From NCBI GenBank assembly GCA_964551235.1, contig CAZKCD010000001.1, forward strand, positions 15 to 64,014: a DNA stretch of 64,000 nucleotides, written 5' to 3'. Shown here piece by piece: positions 9,744 through 19,751 of this stretch (its first letter is position 1; each line of letters starts with the position of its first letter). This stretch comes from an uncultured Sphingomonas sp. (GTDB lineage: Bacteria; Pseudomonadota; Alphaproteobacteria; Sphingomonadales; Sphingomonadaceae). Below the pieces are notes generated by a model. The model worked only from the letters and a program-made list of their open reading frames with translations. It ran no database searches and was not told the origin of the DNA. A program made the position numbers and the translations under genes.

Positions 9744-9853
9744 CCGATGTCGAGGCCTCGGTTCACCGCGACCCGCGGCCCGAGAATCGTCAGGGCAGCC
9801 AGCACCCAACCCAGCGCCATCCAGCCGACCGGCGCCCGCCATTTCCGGATCAT
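9707..9853 (-). CDS. possible small membrane peptide (48 aa)
   Basis: GGGAG RBS then MIRKWRAPVGWMALGWVLAALTILG...; 3' end overlaps the convergent small ORF. Confidence 0.35.
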   Translation of the reverse strand: MIRKWRAPVGWMALGWVLAALTILGPRVAVNRGLDIGYSAASFVASFF

Positions 9854-9929
9854 TCGTTGATACTCCCGCTTAAGGCCCCGTGTTGGCGCGCGGGGACGCA
9901 GGCGGTCAAGCCGGCGAATCGCCGCGCCG

Positions 9930-11723
9930 TCACAGCGGCGCGCATTGCTTCTCGAGCCAGGCGCGGTCGGCGCCTTCCAGCTGCGGCCCGATCTTGGCCA
10001 GCACCTCGGCATGGTAGGCGTTCAGCCACTTTTTCTCGGCCGGCGAGAGCATCGCGGCCTTGATCAGGCTCTTGTCGATCGGCGCGAAGGTCAGCGTTTC
10101 GAAGCCGAGCATCTCCTTCTCGGCGCCGGGAATGGCCTTCTCGACGACGAGCACGAGATTTTCGATCCGGATGCCGAAGTCGCCCGCCTTGTAGTAGCCG
10201 GGCTCGTTGGACAGGATCATGCCCGCGCGCAGCGGCTCGTCGCCGCCCGACTGGCTCGACCCGACCGGCGAGATGCGCTGCGGGCCTTCGTGAACGCTCA
10301 GGAAGCTGCCGACGCCATGGCCGGTGCCGTGGGCATAGTCGACGCCCGCGTCCCACAGGGGGCGGCGCGCGAAGCTGTCGAGCTGCGAGCCGCGCGTGCC
10401 CTTGGGGAAGAGCGCGGTGGCGATCGCGATATGCCCCTGCAGCACACGCGTGAAGCGGTCGCGCATCTCGTCGGTCGGCGTGCCGATGGGAACGGTGCGC
10501 GTGATGTCGGTGGTGCCGTCCTGGTACTGGCCGCCCGAATCGACGAGGTAGAGCGTGCCCGGCTTGAACGGCAGGTTCGATTCCGCCGTTCCCTTGTAGT
10601 GCGGCAGCGCCCCGTTGGGGCCGTAGGCGCTGATCGTGTCGAAGCTCAGGTCGCGCAAATCGCCATGCTCGCGGCGCAGGCTTTCGAGCTTGTCGGCGGC
10701 GATCATCTCGTCGAGCCCGCCCTTCGGCGCTTCGTCCGCGACCCATTTGAGGAAGCGCGAGACCGCCGCGCCGTCGCGCGCCTGCGCCGCCTTCTGGCCG
10801 GCGATTTCGGCGTCGTTCTTGATCGCGCGCGGCAGGACGGTCGGGTCGCGGCGCTTGAGGATGCGCGCGCCGCCCTGCGTCAGCGCCTGCGCGATGGCGG
10901 CCACCGACAGGTCGGGATCGACCGCGACCAGCTTGCCCGTCATGCCCGCCAGATAATCCTCGAACGCCGAGCGTTCGTGCAGGCGGACGCCGTTGCCGAG
11001 GTGCGCGCGCACGTCATCGCCGACCTTCTCGCCATCGACGAACAGGTCAGCCGTCCCGTCCTTGTGCGCGACCGCGAACGCCAGCGCGACGGGCGTGTGG
11101 CTGACGTCGGCGCCGCGCACGTTCAGCGTCCAGGCGATCGAATCGAGCGCCGCCAGCACCGCCGCGTCCGCGCCCTCGCTCTCGAGCCAGTCGGCGATGT
11201 CGTGACGCTTCTCGGCGCTCGACTTGCCGGCCAGCGCGTCGGGCTGGACGATCAGCCGCGCCTTCGACGGTTGCGGCCGGTCGGTCCATACCTTGTCGAT
11301 CGGATTCTGGCCGACGGGGACGAGCTCAGCGCCCTTGGCGGCCAGCTGTGCGGTCGCCATCCGCACCCATTCGGCGGTGTGCAACCACGGATCGTAACCG
11401 ATCCGCGCGCCGTCGGTCGCCTTGTCGCGCAGCCAGTGGGCGACGCTCGTCTCGGGCACCGACTGGTAGCTCCATTCGGTTTCGCTGACCTGCTGGCGGA
11501 CCTGGATGGTGTAGCGCCCGTCGGTGAAGATCGCCGCTTCCTCGGGCAGCACGACCGCGCTTCCGGCCGAGCCCTTGAAACCGGTCAGCCATTCGAGCCT
11601 TTGCGCGTAGCTGCCGACATATTCACTCATATGTTCGTCGGTCAGCGGCACGACGAAGCCGTCGAGGCGGTCGGCCTTGAGTTGGTCGCGGAGCGCTTTG
11701 AGGCGATCGGCATGGCTGGACAT
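9930..11723 (-). CDS. aminopeptidase P family protein (M24)
   Basis: DSGGQYQDGTTDITRT, HGTGHGVG..L.VHEGP, NEPGYY, GIRIEN. Confidence 0.96.
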   Translation of the reverse strand: MSSHADRLKALRDQLKADRLDGFVVPLTDEHMSEYVGSYAQRLEWLTGFKGSAGSAVVLPEEAAIFTDGRYTIQVRQQVSETEWSYQSVPETSVAHWLRDKATDGARIGYDPWLHTAEWVRMATAQLAAKGAELVPVGQNPIDKVWTDRPQPSKARLIVQPDALAGKSSAEKRHDIADWLESEGADAAVLAALDSIAWTLNVRGADVSHTPVALAFAVAHKDGTADLFVDGEKVGDDVRAHLGNGVRLHERSAFEDYLAGMTGKLVAVDPDLSVAAIAQALTQGGARILKRRDPTVLPRAIKNDAEIAGQKAAQARDGAAVSRFLKWVADEAPKGGLDEMIAADKLESLRREHGDLRDLSFDTISAYGPNGALPHYKGTAESNLPFKPGTLYLVDSGGQYQDGTTDITRTVPIGTPTDEMRDRFTRVLQGHIAIATALFPKGTRGSQLDSFARRPLWDAGVDYAHGTGHGVGSFLSVHEGPQRISPVGSSQSGGDEPLRAGMILSNEPGYYKAGDFGIRIENLVLVVEKAIPGAEKEMLGFETLTFAPIDKSLIKAAMLSPAEKKWLNAYHAEVLAKIGPQLEGADRAWLEKQCAPL

Positions 11724-11788
11724 GGTTTTCTCCTTGTTCGTCGCTAGATAGTCTCCACTGTTGCAAAGTGCCACCGTCCGGAGAGTTC

Positions 11789-13843
11789 ATGTCCCTGCCC
11801 ACGCCCCCGCAAGCGCCGCGCCGTCCCCACACCAACGAAGCGCACGGCGTGACATGGGAGGACGACTGGCACTGGCTTCGCGACCAGGGCTATCCGAACT
11901 TCACCGACACCGACGTGCTCGACTATCTCAAGGCCGAGAACGCCTATTTCGAGGCGGTCATGGCCCCGCAACAGGGGCTGATCGACACGCTGTTCGAGGA
12001 GATGAAGGGCCGCATCAAGGAGGACGACAAGAGCGTTCCCGTCCGCGATGGCGACTATTATTACTGGTGGGAATTCAAGACCGGCACGCAGTACCGCGAC
12101 TGGTATCGCCGCAAGGGCGCCGAGGGCGACGCCGAGCTCATCTATTCCGAAAATGCCGAGGCCGAGGGCAAGGAATATTTCCGCCTCGGCGCGCTGGCGG
12201 TCAGCCCCGATGCGGCGAAGCTGGCAACGCTCGCCGACACCGACGGGTCGGAGCGGTTCAAGCTGATCGTCCGCGACCTCGCGACCGGCAAGGACATCGA
12301 GACCGTGACCGAGGTCGGCATCGGCCAGCCGGTGTGGACCAGCGACAGCGGCGGGATCGTCTTCACCGAGGTCAACGACCAGTGGCGCAGCTACCGCGCG
12401 CGCTATCACCGCCTCGGCGCCGACCCAGCCGACGCGGTGACGTTGTACGAGGAGAAGGACGACATCGCTTTCTCGGTCGGCGTCGACCGCACGACCGACC
12501 GTAGCCTCATCGTCATCTCGACCGGCAACAACAGCTCGACCGAGGTGCGTTTCGTCGGCGCCGACGACCCGACCCGGCCGCTGACGCTGGTCCGCGCCCG
12601 CGAGGCCGACAAGCAATATGAGATCGACGCCGCGCACGGGCGGCTGTGGATCCTCGCCAACGACACGCACGTCAATTTCCGCGTCGCCAGCGCCGATCCC
12701 GCCAGCGCCGCCAAGTGGCGCGAGGAGGTGGCGGGGAGCGACACGACCTACATCACCGGCATCACCGCGCACCGCGACCATCTGCTCGTCAGCGCGCGGG
12801 TCGGCGGCCTCGACGAGCTGTTCCTGCGGGACTATGCGAGCGGCGCGATGACCCGCCTTCCGTTCGACGAGGCGAGCTACAGCGCGAGCTTCGCGGGCAA
12901 TCCTGAATATGCGCCCGATGCCTACCGCGTCGGCTACACGTCGATGGTCACGCCCACCACGGTCTACGATTACCATCCGGCGAACGGCGCGCTCCAGACG
13001 CTGAAGGTGCAGGAAATCCCGTCGGGCTATGACGCGTCGGCCTATGTCACCGACCGCGTCGAGGTGACCGCGCGCGACGGGACGAAGGTGCCGGTGTCGA
13101 TCCTGCGCCGAAAGGACTTCGCGCTCGACGGGTCGGGCAAGTTGTTCGTCTACGGCTATGGCGCCTACGGAATCGCCATCCCGCCGAGCTTCTCGACCAG
13201 CCGGCTGAGCCTCGTCGACCGCGGCTTCGCCTACGCCATCGCCCATATCCGCGGCGGCGACGACCTTGGCTACCAGTGGTTCCTCGACGGCAAGCTCAAG
13301 AGCCGGACTAACGCCTTCAACGACTTCGTCGACGTGACCAAGGGTCTGATCGCCGCGGGCTACGCCAAGCCCGGCCGCGTCGCCGCGCAGGGCGGGTCGG
13401 CCGGCGGCGAGCTGATGGGCGCGGCGGTCAACCAGGCCGGCGACCTTTATGGCGCGGTGGTCGCCGACGTGCCCTTCGTCGACGTGCTCAACACCATGCT
13501 CGACGACACGCTGCCGCTGACGCCGGGCGAATGGACGGAATGGGGCAACCCGATCGTCGACAAGGACGCCTTCGAACTGATCCGCAGCTACAGTCCTTAT
13601 GACCAGGTCAGCGCCAAGGCCTATCCGCCGATGCTGATCACCGGCGGTCTCCACGACCCGCGCGTCACCTACTGGGAGCCCGCCAAATGGGCCGCCAAAC
13701 TTCGCGCGACCAAGACCGACACCAACACCCTTTTGCTCAAGATCAACATGGGTGCTGGTCACGGCGGCAAGTCGGGACGCTGGGACAGCCTCAAGGAAAT
13801 CGCCGAGGCCTATGCCTTCGTCCTGACGCAGGTCGGCGACTGA
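11789..13843 (+). CDS. oligopeptidase B / S9 family peptidase
   Basis: YGYGAYG, GGSAGG catalytic Ser, DPRVTYWEPAKW, AGH. Confidence 0.95.
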   Translation: MSLPTPPQAPRRPHTNEAHGVTWEDDWHWLRDQGYPNFTDTDVLDYLKAENAYFEAVMAPQQGLIDTLFEEMKGRIKEDDKSVPVRDGDYYYWWEFKTGTQYRDWYRRKGAEGDAELIYSENAEAEGKEYFRLGALAVSPDAAKLATLADTDGSERFKLIVRDLATGKDIETVTEVGIGQPVWTSDSGGIVFTEVNDQWRSYRARYHRLGADPADAVTLYEEKDDIAFSVGVDRTTDRSLIVISTGNNSSTEVRFVGADDPTRPLTLVRAREADKQYEIDAAHGRLWILANDTHVNFRVASADPASAAKWREEVAGSDTTYITGITAHRDHLLVSARVGGLDELFLRDYASGAMTRLPFDEASYSASFAGNPEYAPDAYRVGYTSMVTPTTVYDYHPANGALQTLKVQEIPSGYDASAYVTDRVEVTARDGTKVPVSILRRKDFALDGSGKLFVYGYGAYGIAIPPSFSTSRLSLVDRGFAYAIAHIRGGDDLGYQWFLDGKLKSRTNAFNDFVDVTKGLIAAGYAKPGRVAAQGGSAGGELMGAAVNQAGDLYGAVVADVPFVDVLNTMLDDTLPLTPGEWTEWGNPIVDKDAFELIRSYSPYDQVSAKAYPPMLITGGLHDPRVTYWEPAKWAAKLRATKTDTNTLLLKINMGAGHGGKSGRWDSLKEIAEAYAFVLTQVGD

Positions 13844-15222
13844 TGCGCTGGCTGGCGGCCCTGTTGGCCCTGGCGCTTGCCGCGCCCGCGTCGGCCACGC
13901 CCGAACCGATCGCGTCGGTCGAGGTGGTGCGCGACGGCGCGCGCTGGTCCGCCGATTACCGGATCGGCGTGCGTGCGCCGGTCGCGGTCTTCGCCAAGTC
14001 CGTGCTCCCGCGGGAGAGCCGCAAGTCATGGCGGCTGGAAACGGTGCGGGTGCTGACCCCGGGCGTGAAGCTCGAGCGGCTCGGCCATTACGATGCGCTG
14101 GTCGCGACCCGCGGCTATTTGCCGCCGCGCGTGCGCCTCGCCTTCACGCCTTATCATCGCGATATCGAGGCGGGCTACGATCCGGCAATCGCGCTCGGGC
14201 CGGACGCGGTCGCGCTGTACGCCGATGCCTTCAAGATCGTGCCGATGAGCTCGCGCCGCGCCGCGCTTGCCGCCGACCGCGACGACGGCGCGCTGCCCGC
14301 CTCGGCGCAACCGACGCGCATGACCTTTCGCGATCGCGCCGGACCCTTGCTGTTCAAGGGCCAGCGGGTGGCGCGGGCGACCACCGACAATGGCGAGACC
14401 TACGTCATCTTCGGCAAGGCGTCCCCGGTGATCGGCCCGGCCCTCACCACCATCGTCGATCCCGGCCTGCCGCGCTGGATCGCCACCTATCTGACGACCG
14501 AAATGCCGACGATCCTCGCCAGCTACCGCCAGGCGATGGGCCCCGCGCCGGTCGGCCAGCCGACCCTGCTGCTGTCGTGGGGCGGGCCGACCGCGCAGCG
14601 ACTGAGCCTTGGCGGAAGCGTGCTGCCCGGCCTCGTCACCATGACGTTCGAGGGCGACACGGCGCTGACCTATAACGAGCGCATCCGCAACCACGCCCGC
14701 TGGTTCGTCGCGCACGAGGCGGCGCATTTCTGGCTGGGCCAGGCGATCGGCTACTCGACCCCGGCGGAAAGCTGGATCACCGAGGGCGGCGCCGACCTCC
14801 TCGCCTTCCGCGCGACCGCCGCCGCCGACCCCCGCTTCGACGTCCGCGCCCGGCTAGCCGAGGCGCGCGACGAATGCGCGCCGTTCCTCAAGAATGGCGG
14901 GGTGGCCGACGCCTACCGCCGCGAGGGCGATTTCCGGGCCTATTACGCGTGCGGCGCGCTGATCGCGCTGGCCGCCGAAAAGGCCAATGGCGGCGACTTC
15001 GCCGGCTTCGTCAAGACGCTGATCGCCCGCCACGGCGCGACCGGGATCGTCAGCCGCGCCGACTGGCTGAAGCTGGTCGAGGAGAAGGCGCCGGGTCGCG
15101 GCTATGGCGCGGCGATCGCCGACTTGCTCGACAAGCCCCATGCCGACCCGGGCGCCGCGATCGACCGTTACATCGCCGCCGTCGGCCTCTCCAACCAGAT
15201 CGCGCCGAGGAAAACCGCATGA
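13843..15222 (+). CDS. secreted gluzincin-like metallopeptidase (uncharacterised)
   Basis: Signal peptide MRWLAALLALALAAPASA; HEAAH-x18-E (WITEG); TGATG coupling to the S9 gene. Confidence 0.7.
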   Translation: MRWLAALLALALAAPASATPEPIASVEVVRDGARWSADYRIGVRAPVAVFAKSVLPRESRKSWRLETVRVLTPGVKLERLGHYDALVATRGYLPPRVRLAFTPYHRDIEAGYDPAIALGPDAVALYADAFKIVPMSSRRAALAADRDDGALPASAQPTRMTFRDRAGPLLFKGQRVARATTDNGETYVIFGKASPVIGPALTTIVDPGLPRWIATYLTTEMPTILASYRQAMGPAPVGQPTLLLSWGGPTAQRLSLGGSVLPGLVTMTFEGDTALTYNERIRNHARWFVAHEAAHFWLGQAIGYSTPAESWITEGGADLLAFRATAAADPRFDVRARLAEARDECAPFLKNGGVADAYRREGDFRAYYACGALIALAAEKANGGDFAGFVKTLIARHGATGIVSRADWLKLVEEKAPGRGYGAAIADLLDKPHADPGAAIDRYIAAVGLSNQIAPRKTA

Positions 15223-15620
15223 CCCGCCCCGTCTTCGAACATCGCATCACCGCGAAGGCCGAGCACATCGACGAGCTCGGCCACGTCAACAATGCCGTCT
15301 GGGTGCAGTGGATTCAGGAGGTGGCGCTGGCCCATTGGTATTCGATCGCCGACCCCGCCCACCAGGACGATTACATCTGGGTCGTGGTGCGGCACGAGAT
15401 CGACTACCTCCGCGCGGTCGTCGAGGGCGAGACGGTGACCGGCCGCACCTGGGTCGGCGAGGCGCCGAAGGGCGCGCGCTTCGACCGGCACATGGAATTC
15501 GTCGGCGAGGACGGCAAGGTCCGGGTGCGCGCGGTGACGCAGTGGGCGATCATCGACAAGGCCGCCGGCCGCCCGATCCGCGTCCCGCCCGCGGTCGTCG
15601 CGCCGTTTCTCGGCGATTGA
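15219..15620 (+). CDS. acyl-CoA thioesterase (hotdog fold)
   Basis: IDELGHVNNAVWVQW motif; ATGA overlap. Confidence 0.88.
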   Translation: MTRPVFEHRITAKAEHIDELGHVNNAVWVQWIQEVALAHWYSIADPAHQDDYIWVVVRHEIDYLRAVVEGETVTGRTWVGEAPKGARFDRHMEFVGEDGKVRVRAVTQWAIIDKAAGRPIRVPPAVVAPFLGD

Positions 15621-15653
15621 CGTCACGCGGCCCCAAGCGCAGTCTCCCCGCCC

Positions 15654-16304
15654 ATGAGCCGGATCGTCCTCCACGATTATTTCCGTTCGTCCGCCTGCTA
15701 CCGCGTGCGGATCGCGCTGAACCTCAAGGGCATCGATTACGAGCGCATCGTCGTGAACCTCGCGGAGGGCGCGCAGCAGTCGGACGATTATCACGCGCTC
15801 AATCCGCAGGGCTTCGTGCCGATGCTCGACATCGACGACCGGCGCCTGACGCAGAGCCTGTCCATCGCCGTCTATCTCGACCAGACCCGGCCCGAACCGC
15901 CTTTGATGCCGCGCGATCCCGGCGATGGCGCGCACGTGCGCAGCCTCGCGCTGGCGATCGCCTGCGACATCCATCCGCTCAACAACCTGCGGGTGCTGAA
16001 ATATCTGAAAGGCCCCCTCGCGCTCAGCGAGGAACAGAAGGACGAATGGTACCGCCACTGGGTCGCCGAGGGGCTGGAGGCACTGGAGGCGATGGCCCGG
16101 CCGCGCGCGGGCGCCTTCCTGTTCGGCGACCAGCCGACACTGGCCGACGTCTGCCTGGTCCCCCAGCTTTATAACGCGCGCCGTTTCTCGGTGCCGCTCG
16201 ACCCCTATCCTACGCTCAAGCGCGCCGACGAGACCGCCAGCGCGCACCCGGCCTTCGCGGCCGCCCACCCCGATCGCATCGCCCAGGAGGACATGGCCCA
16301 ATGA
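15654..16304 (+). CDS. maiA: maleylacetoacetate isomerase (zeta GST)
   Basis: YFRSSACYRVRIALNLKG, NPQG.VP, DIHPLNNLRVL. Confidence 0.95.
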   Translation: MSRIVLHDYFRSSACYRVRIALNLKGIDYERIVVNLAEGAQQSDDYHALNPQGFVPMLDIDDRRLTQSLSIAVYLDQTRPEPPLMPRDPGDGAHVRSLALAIACDIHPLNNLRVLKYLKGPLALSEEQKDEWYRHWVAEGLEALEAMARPRAGAFLFGDQPTLADVCLVPQLYNARRFSVPLDPYPTLKRADETASAHPAFAAAHPDRIAQEDMAQ

Positions 16305-17116
16305 ACCGCGTCGACACGATGACCCGCGGCATGGACGAGGCCGCGCCGATCGCCGACGTCCACATCCCCTCCATGAAGGACAAGGTCAGCGCCGAGGAAT
16401 GGGCGATCCGCGTCGACCTCGCCGCCGCCTACCGCCTCGTCGCGCATTACGGCTGGGACGACCTCATCTTCACGCACCTTTCGGCGCGAATCCCGGGGCC
16501 GGAGCATCATTTCCTGCTCAACCCCTACAACCTCATGTTCGAGGAAGTGACCGCCTCCTCGCTGGTCAAGGTCGACACGAACGGCAACCCGGTCGAGCCA
16601 ACCCCGTTCATCACCAATCCGGCCGGCTTCACCATCCATTCGGCGATCCACATGAACCGCGAGGACGCGCACGCGGTGATGCACCTCCACACGCCCGCCG
16701 GCCAGGCGGTCAGCGCGCACGAGGACGGGCTGCTGCCGCTGACCCAGACCGCGATGCTGGTACGCGGCGATCTTGCCTTCCACGATTACGAAGGCGTCGC
16801 CACCGACCTCGACGAGCGCGAGCGGCTGGTCGCCGACCTCGGCACCAAGAACGGGATGATCCTGCGCAACCACGGCACGCTGGCGGTGGGCGCCAGCGTC
16901 GGCGAATGTTTCCTGAAGCTCTATTTCATCGAACGCGCGTGCGAGGCGCAGATCATGGCGCTGTCGGCCGGCGACAAGGTGTCGAACCCGCCGCAGGGCA
17001 CGCCCGAGCTCGCCGCCGAACAGGGCGCCGTCGGCCTCAACGTCGCGGCCAAATTGCTCGCCTGGCCCGCGCTGCTGCGCAAAGCCTACCGGCTCGACCC
17101 GAGTTTCGCGACGTGA
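16301..17116 (+). CDS. class II aldolase/adducin family protein
   Basis: GWDDLIFTHLSAR, HLHT, LRNHG. Confidence 0.92.
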   Translation: MNRVDTMTRGMDEAAPIADVHIPSMKDKVSAEEWAIRVDLAAAYRLVAHYGWDDLIFTHLSARIPGPEHHFLLNPYNLMFEEVTASSLVKVDTNGNPVEPTPFITNPAGFTIHSAIHMNREDAHAVMHLHTPAGQAVSAHEDGLLPLTQTAMLVRGDLAFHDYEGVATDLDERERLVADLGTKNGMILRNHGTLAVGASVGECFLKLYFIERACEAQIMALSAGDKVSNPPQGTPELAAEQGAVGLNVAAKLLAWPALLRKAYRLDPSFAT

Positions 17117-17739
17117 TGCGGCGCTTCCGGGCCGGCGCCATCGCGGCATCGCTGGCCTTCATGGCCGGCCCCGCGCTAGCGCAGGGAATGGCGATTTTCG
17201 TCGCGCCGTCGGGGCGCGTGTACACCGCCCCCAAGGACCAGCCCTATCCCAGCGCCGCCTGGTTCACGGCGATCGACACCAATGCGGATGGCGCCGTTTC
17301 GTCGGTCGAATTCGCGGCCGACTTCGCCGCCTATTTTGAGACGCTCGACGGCGACCGGGACGGCGTCCTGTCGATCGACGAGGTGAAGGAATATGCCAAC
17401 GGTCCCCTTCGCGGGATCGTTTCCGGCGGCGGAGCGCAGACGCGGTTCGACCGGCCGGTGGCGCGCGTCGGCGACGATTCGGGGACCGATACGGCGCAGG
17501 AGCAGTTGCGCGCCAAGCTCGCCCAGCAGGCGTTGTCGAGCGACCTCCTCGGCGGCGCCGGTCGCTACGGGATCATCGCCCTCCCGCAGCCGGTCGCGTC
17601 GATGGACATGGATTTCGACGGGCGCATCAGCCGGGCCGAGATGCGCGCCGCGGCCAGCCGCCGCTACAAATTGCTGACGCCGGACGGCAAGCCGCTCACG
17701 CGCGCAACCCTGCCCAGGACGCCCGCGCAGCGCGACTGA
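17116..17739 (+). CDS. secreted EF-hand domain protein
   Basis: Signal peptide; three EF-hand-like loops DTNADGAVSSVE, DGDRDGVLSIDE, DMDFDGRISRAE. Confidence 0.78.
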   Translation: MRRFRAGAIAASLAFMAGPALAQGMAIFVAPSGRVYTAPKDQPYPSAAWFTAIDTNADGAVSSVEFAADFAAYFETLDGDRDGVLSIDEVKEYANGPLRGIVSGGGAQTRFDRPVARVGDDSGTDTAQEQLRAKLAQQALSSDLLGGAGRYGIIALPQPVASMDMDFDGRISRAEMRAAASRRYKLLTPDGKPLTRATLPRTPAQRD

Positions 17740-17815
17740 CCGCGCCGCGCGGCGTGGCACCTGGATGCCGTGTCGTGCGTTTCACGCGGGAACATCCAAG
17801 AGAAAAGGACTCCCG

Positions 17816-18517
17816 ATGAACATCCTCATGGTGCTGACCAGCCACGACCAGCTTGGCGATACGGGCAAGAAGACCGGCTTCTGGCTCGAGGAATTTGCCG
17901 CGCCCTATTACGTCCTCAAGGACGCCGGCCATACGATTACGCTGGCGAGCCCCAAGGGCGGCCAGCCGCCGCTCGACCCCAAGAGCGACGAGCCCGACGC
18001 GCAGACCGACGCCACCAAGCGCTTCAAGGCCGATGCCGACGCGCAGCAGCAGCTCGCGACCACGCACAAGCTGGACGAGATCGACGGCACGACGTTCGAC
18101 GCCATCTTCTACCCGGGCGGCCATGGTCCGCTGTGGGATCTTGCCAATGATAAGACGTCCAACGCGCTGATCGCCGACACGATCGCCGCCGGGAAGCCGG
18201 TCGCGCTGGTCTGCCACGCTCCCGGCGTCCTCCCTAATGTCGTCACTTCGGACGGCACGCCGCTCGTCAAGGGCCGCAAGGTGACGGGCTTTACCAACGA
18301 GGAAGAGGAAGCGGTCGGGCTCACCGATGTTGTCCCCTTCCTGCTTGAGGATGAGCTCAAGGCTAAGGGCGCCGATTATTCGAAGAAGGGCACGTTCCAG
18401 CCCTACGTCGTGACCGATGGCCTGCTGATTACCGGGCAGAACCCGCCGTCGAGCGAGCCGGCCGCCGAAGCGCTGCTCAAGGTGCTCACCGAGCAGCGCG
18501 AAGAGGTGGACGCCTAG
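17816..18517 (+). CDS. DJ-1/PfpI (type 1 glutamine amidotransferase-like) protein
   Basis: TGFWLEE, PGGHGPLWDL, VCHAP, TGQNP; AAAGGA RBS. Confidence 0.92.
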   Translation: MNILMVLTSHDQLGDTGKKTGFWLEEFAAPYYVLKDAGHTITLASPKGGQPPLDPKSDEPDAQTDATKRFKADADAQQQLATTHKLDEIDGTTFDAIFYPGGHGPLWDLANDKTSNALIADTIAAGKPVALVCHAPGVLPNVVTSDGTPLVKGRKVTGFTNEEEEAVGLTDVVPFLLEDELKAKGADYSKKGTFQPYVVTDGLLITGQNPPSSEPAAEALLKVLTEQREEVDA

Positions 18518-18957
18518 GCGTCTTTCTTCAGGAAGCTGATCTTCCCGTTCGGCTCGAGGATGCCCCACGCGACATCCTCGAGCCGGGCGATCCCGGAAAG
18601 TCGCATCTCGCTGAGCACTTCCTCCTCGGTCAGGCAGTCACGGGCGAGGACCCGCCGAATGAGTTCGCCGTCGCGCACCAGGACGCGCGGCTCCCCTTCC
18701 AGCAGTCGCCGCATCCGGTCCGACCGGTACGACAGGTAGCCGAGCGTCAGCGAGAGGAAGGCGAAGGTCCCGACCGCCAGCATCGCGGCGGTGATCGAAT
18801 AATCGTTATGCGTCACCGCCTGCTGCACGAAATCGCCGAGGACGACGAGCCCCACGAATTCGAACGGCGTCATCTGGCCGAGCTGCCGCTTGCCGAGAAA
18901 CCGCAGCAGCAGGAACAGGCCGAAGAAGACCAGGGTGGCTCGAAGGACGACGTCCAT
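18514..18957 (-). CDS. DUF421/YetF family membrane protein
   Basis: GKRQLGQMTPFEFV, LEGEP..LV.DG, ILEPNGKIS. Confidence 0.88.
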   Translation of the reverse strand: MDVVLRATLVFFGLFLLLRFLGKRQLGQMTPFEFVGLVVLGDFVQQAVTHNDYSITAAMLAVGTFAFLSLTLGYLSYRSDRMRRLLEGEPRVLVRDGELIRRVLARDCLTEEEVLSEMRLSGIARLEDVAWGILEPNGKISFLKKDA

Positions 18958-19472
18958 CAGGGAAGCACCTCCAGGCGGGTCGGTTGCGCGGCGAGCGGGG
19001 CATCGTCGTCAAGCAGGCGGATCGCGCCGCGCGACACGCCGAACAGCGGCGGGTTGAGCTGCCCGTCGATCTTGAATTCGAGCGTCTCGCCCGCGTCCAT
19101 GGGACCGAAGTGAAACCGGAATTCGCCGTCCTTCTGCTCTTCCTCGCTCGGTGCCGGCACCATCGAGTTGATCGTCGCTTCGCGCCACAGGCCGACCGGC
19201 ACCGCGATCGTCGCGTCGGCGATCGGCGCCTTGGCCGTCACCAGGATCCGCGTCTCGAAGAAATTGCCGTTGCGCAGCCGCGGCGGCGCCTCGACCGTCA
19301 GCGTCGCGCGCGGGGAGTCGGTGGTCACCGAACGCGACGGCGCTCCCCCCAACACTCCCATCAATGCCAGCGCCAGGAGGCCGCCCAGACCCAGGAAGCG
19401 CGCAAGCGTCGCGGGAAAGGCGGGCGATCGGGGATCGGGCTCGGCAATCCCTTGCGGCAACTCCATACTCAT
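18957..19472 (-). CDS. hypothetical protein (N-terminal TM, beta-rich domain)
   Basis: TGATG coupling to the DUF421 gene; coherent protein-like composition. Confidence 0.7.
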   Translation of the reverse strand: MSMELPQGIAEPDPRSPAFPATLARFLGLGGLLALALMGVLGGAPSRSVTTDSPRATLTVEAPPRLRNGNFFETRILVTAKAPIADATIAVPVGLWREATINSMVPAPSEEEQKDGEFRFHFGPMDAGETLEFKIDGQLNPPLFGVSRGAIRLLDDDAPLAAQPTRLEVLP

Positions 19473-19480
19473 GCGGGCTC

Positions 19481-19505
19481 AACCCCCCGCGACGGTTTCG
19501 GTTGC
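19481..19505 (-). promoter_or_regulatory. EcfG/sigmaT-type general stress promoter
   Basis: GCAAC-N16-GGTT on the minus strand just before the start at 19472. Confidence 0.55.
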
Positions 19506-19553
19506 GCAATCAATTCGCGGCATGGTCGACGGGCCCCCCGTCCCCCAAAAGCA

Positions 19554-19584
19554 AATAGCCCCTGCCGCGAGGACAGGGGCTATT
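19554..19584 (-). terminator. rho-independent terminator of tRNA-Pro
   Basis: AATAGCCCCTG...CAGGGGCTATT hairpin followed by a T-rich tract on the minus strand. Confidence 0.75.
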
Positions 19585-19590
19585 GAAAAA

Positions 19591-19667
19591 TGGTCGGGGA
19601 GAGAGGATTCGAACCTCCGGCCCCTGCCTCCCGAAGACAGTGCTCTACCAGGCTGAGCTACTCCCCG
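19591..19667 (-). tRNA. tRNA-Pro (CGG)
   Basis: CGGGGAG...TTCGGGA...TTCGAAT...CTCCCCG-ACCA cloverleaf. Confidence 0.96.
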
Positions 19668-19751
19668 ACCGGGCCTCCCGGACGCGCAACGAGGAGCGTC
19701 CGGTGCAGGGCGAGCGCTCCACTAGCGGGCGGATGGGACGGACGCAAGCGC

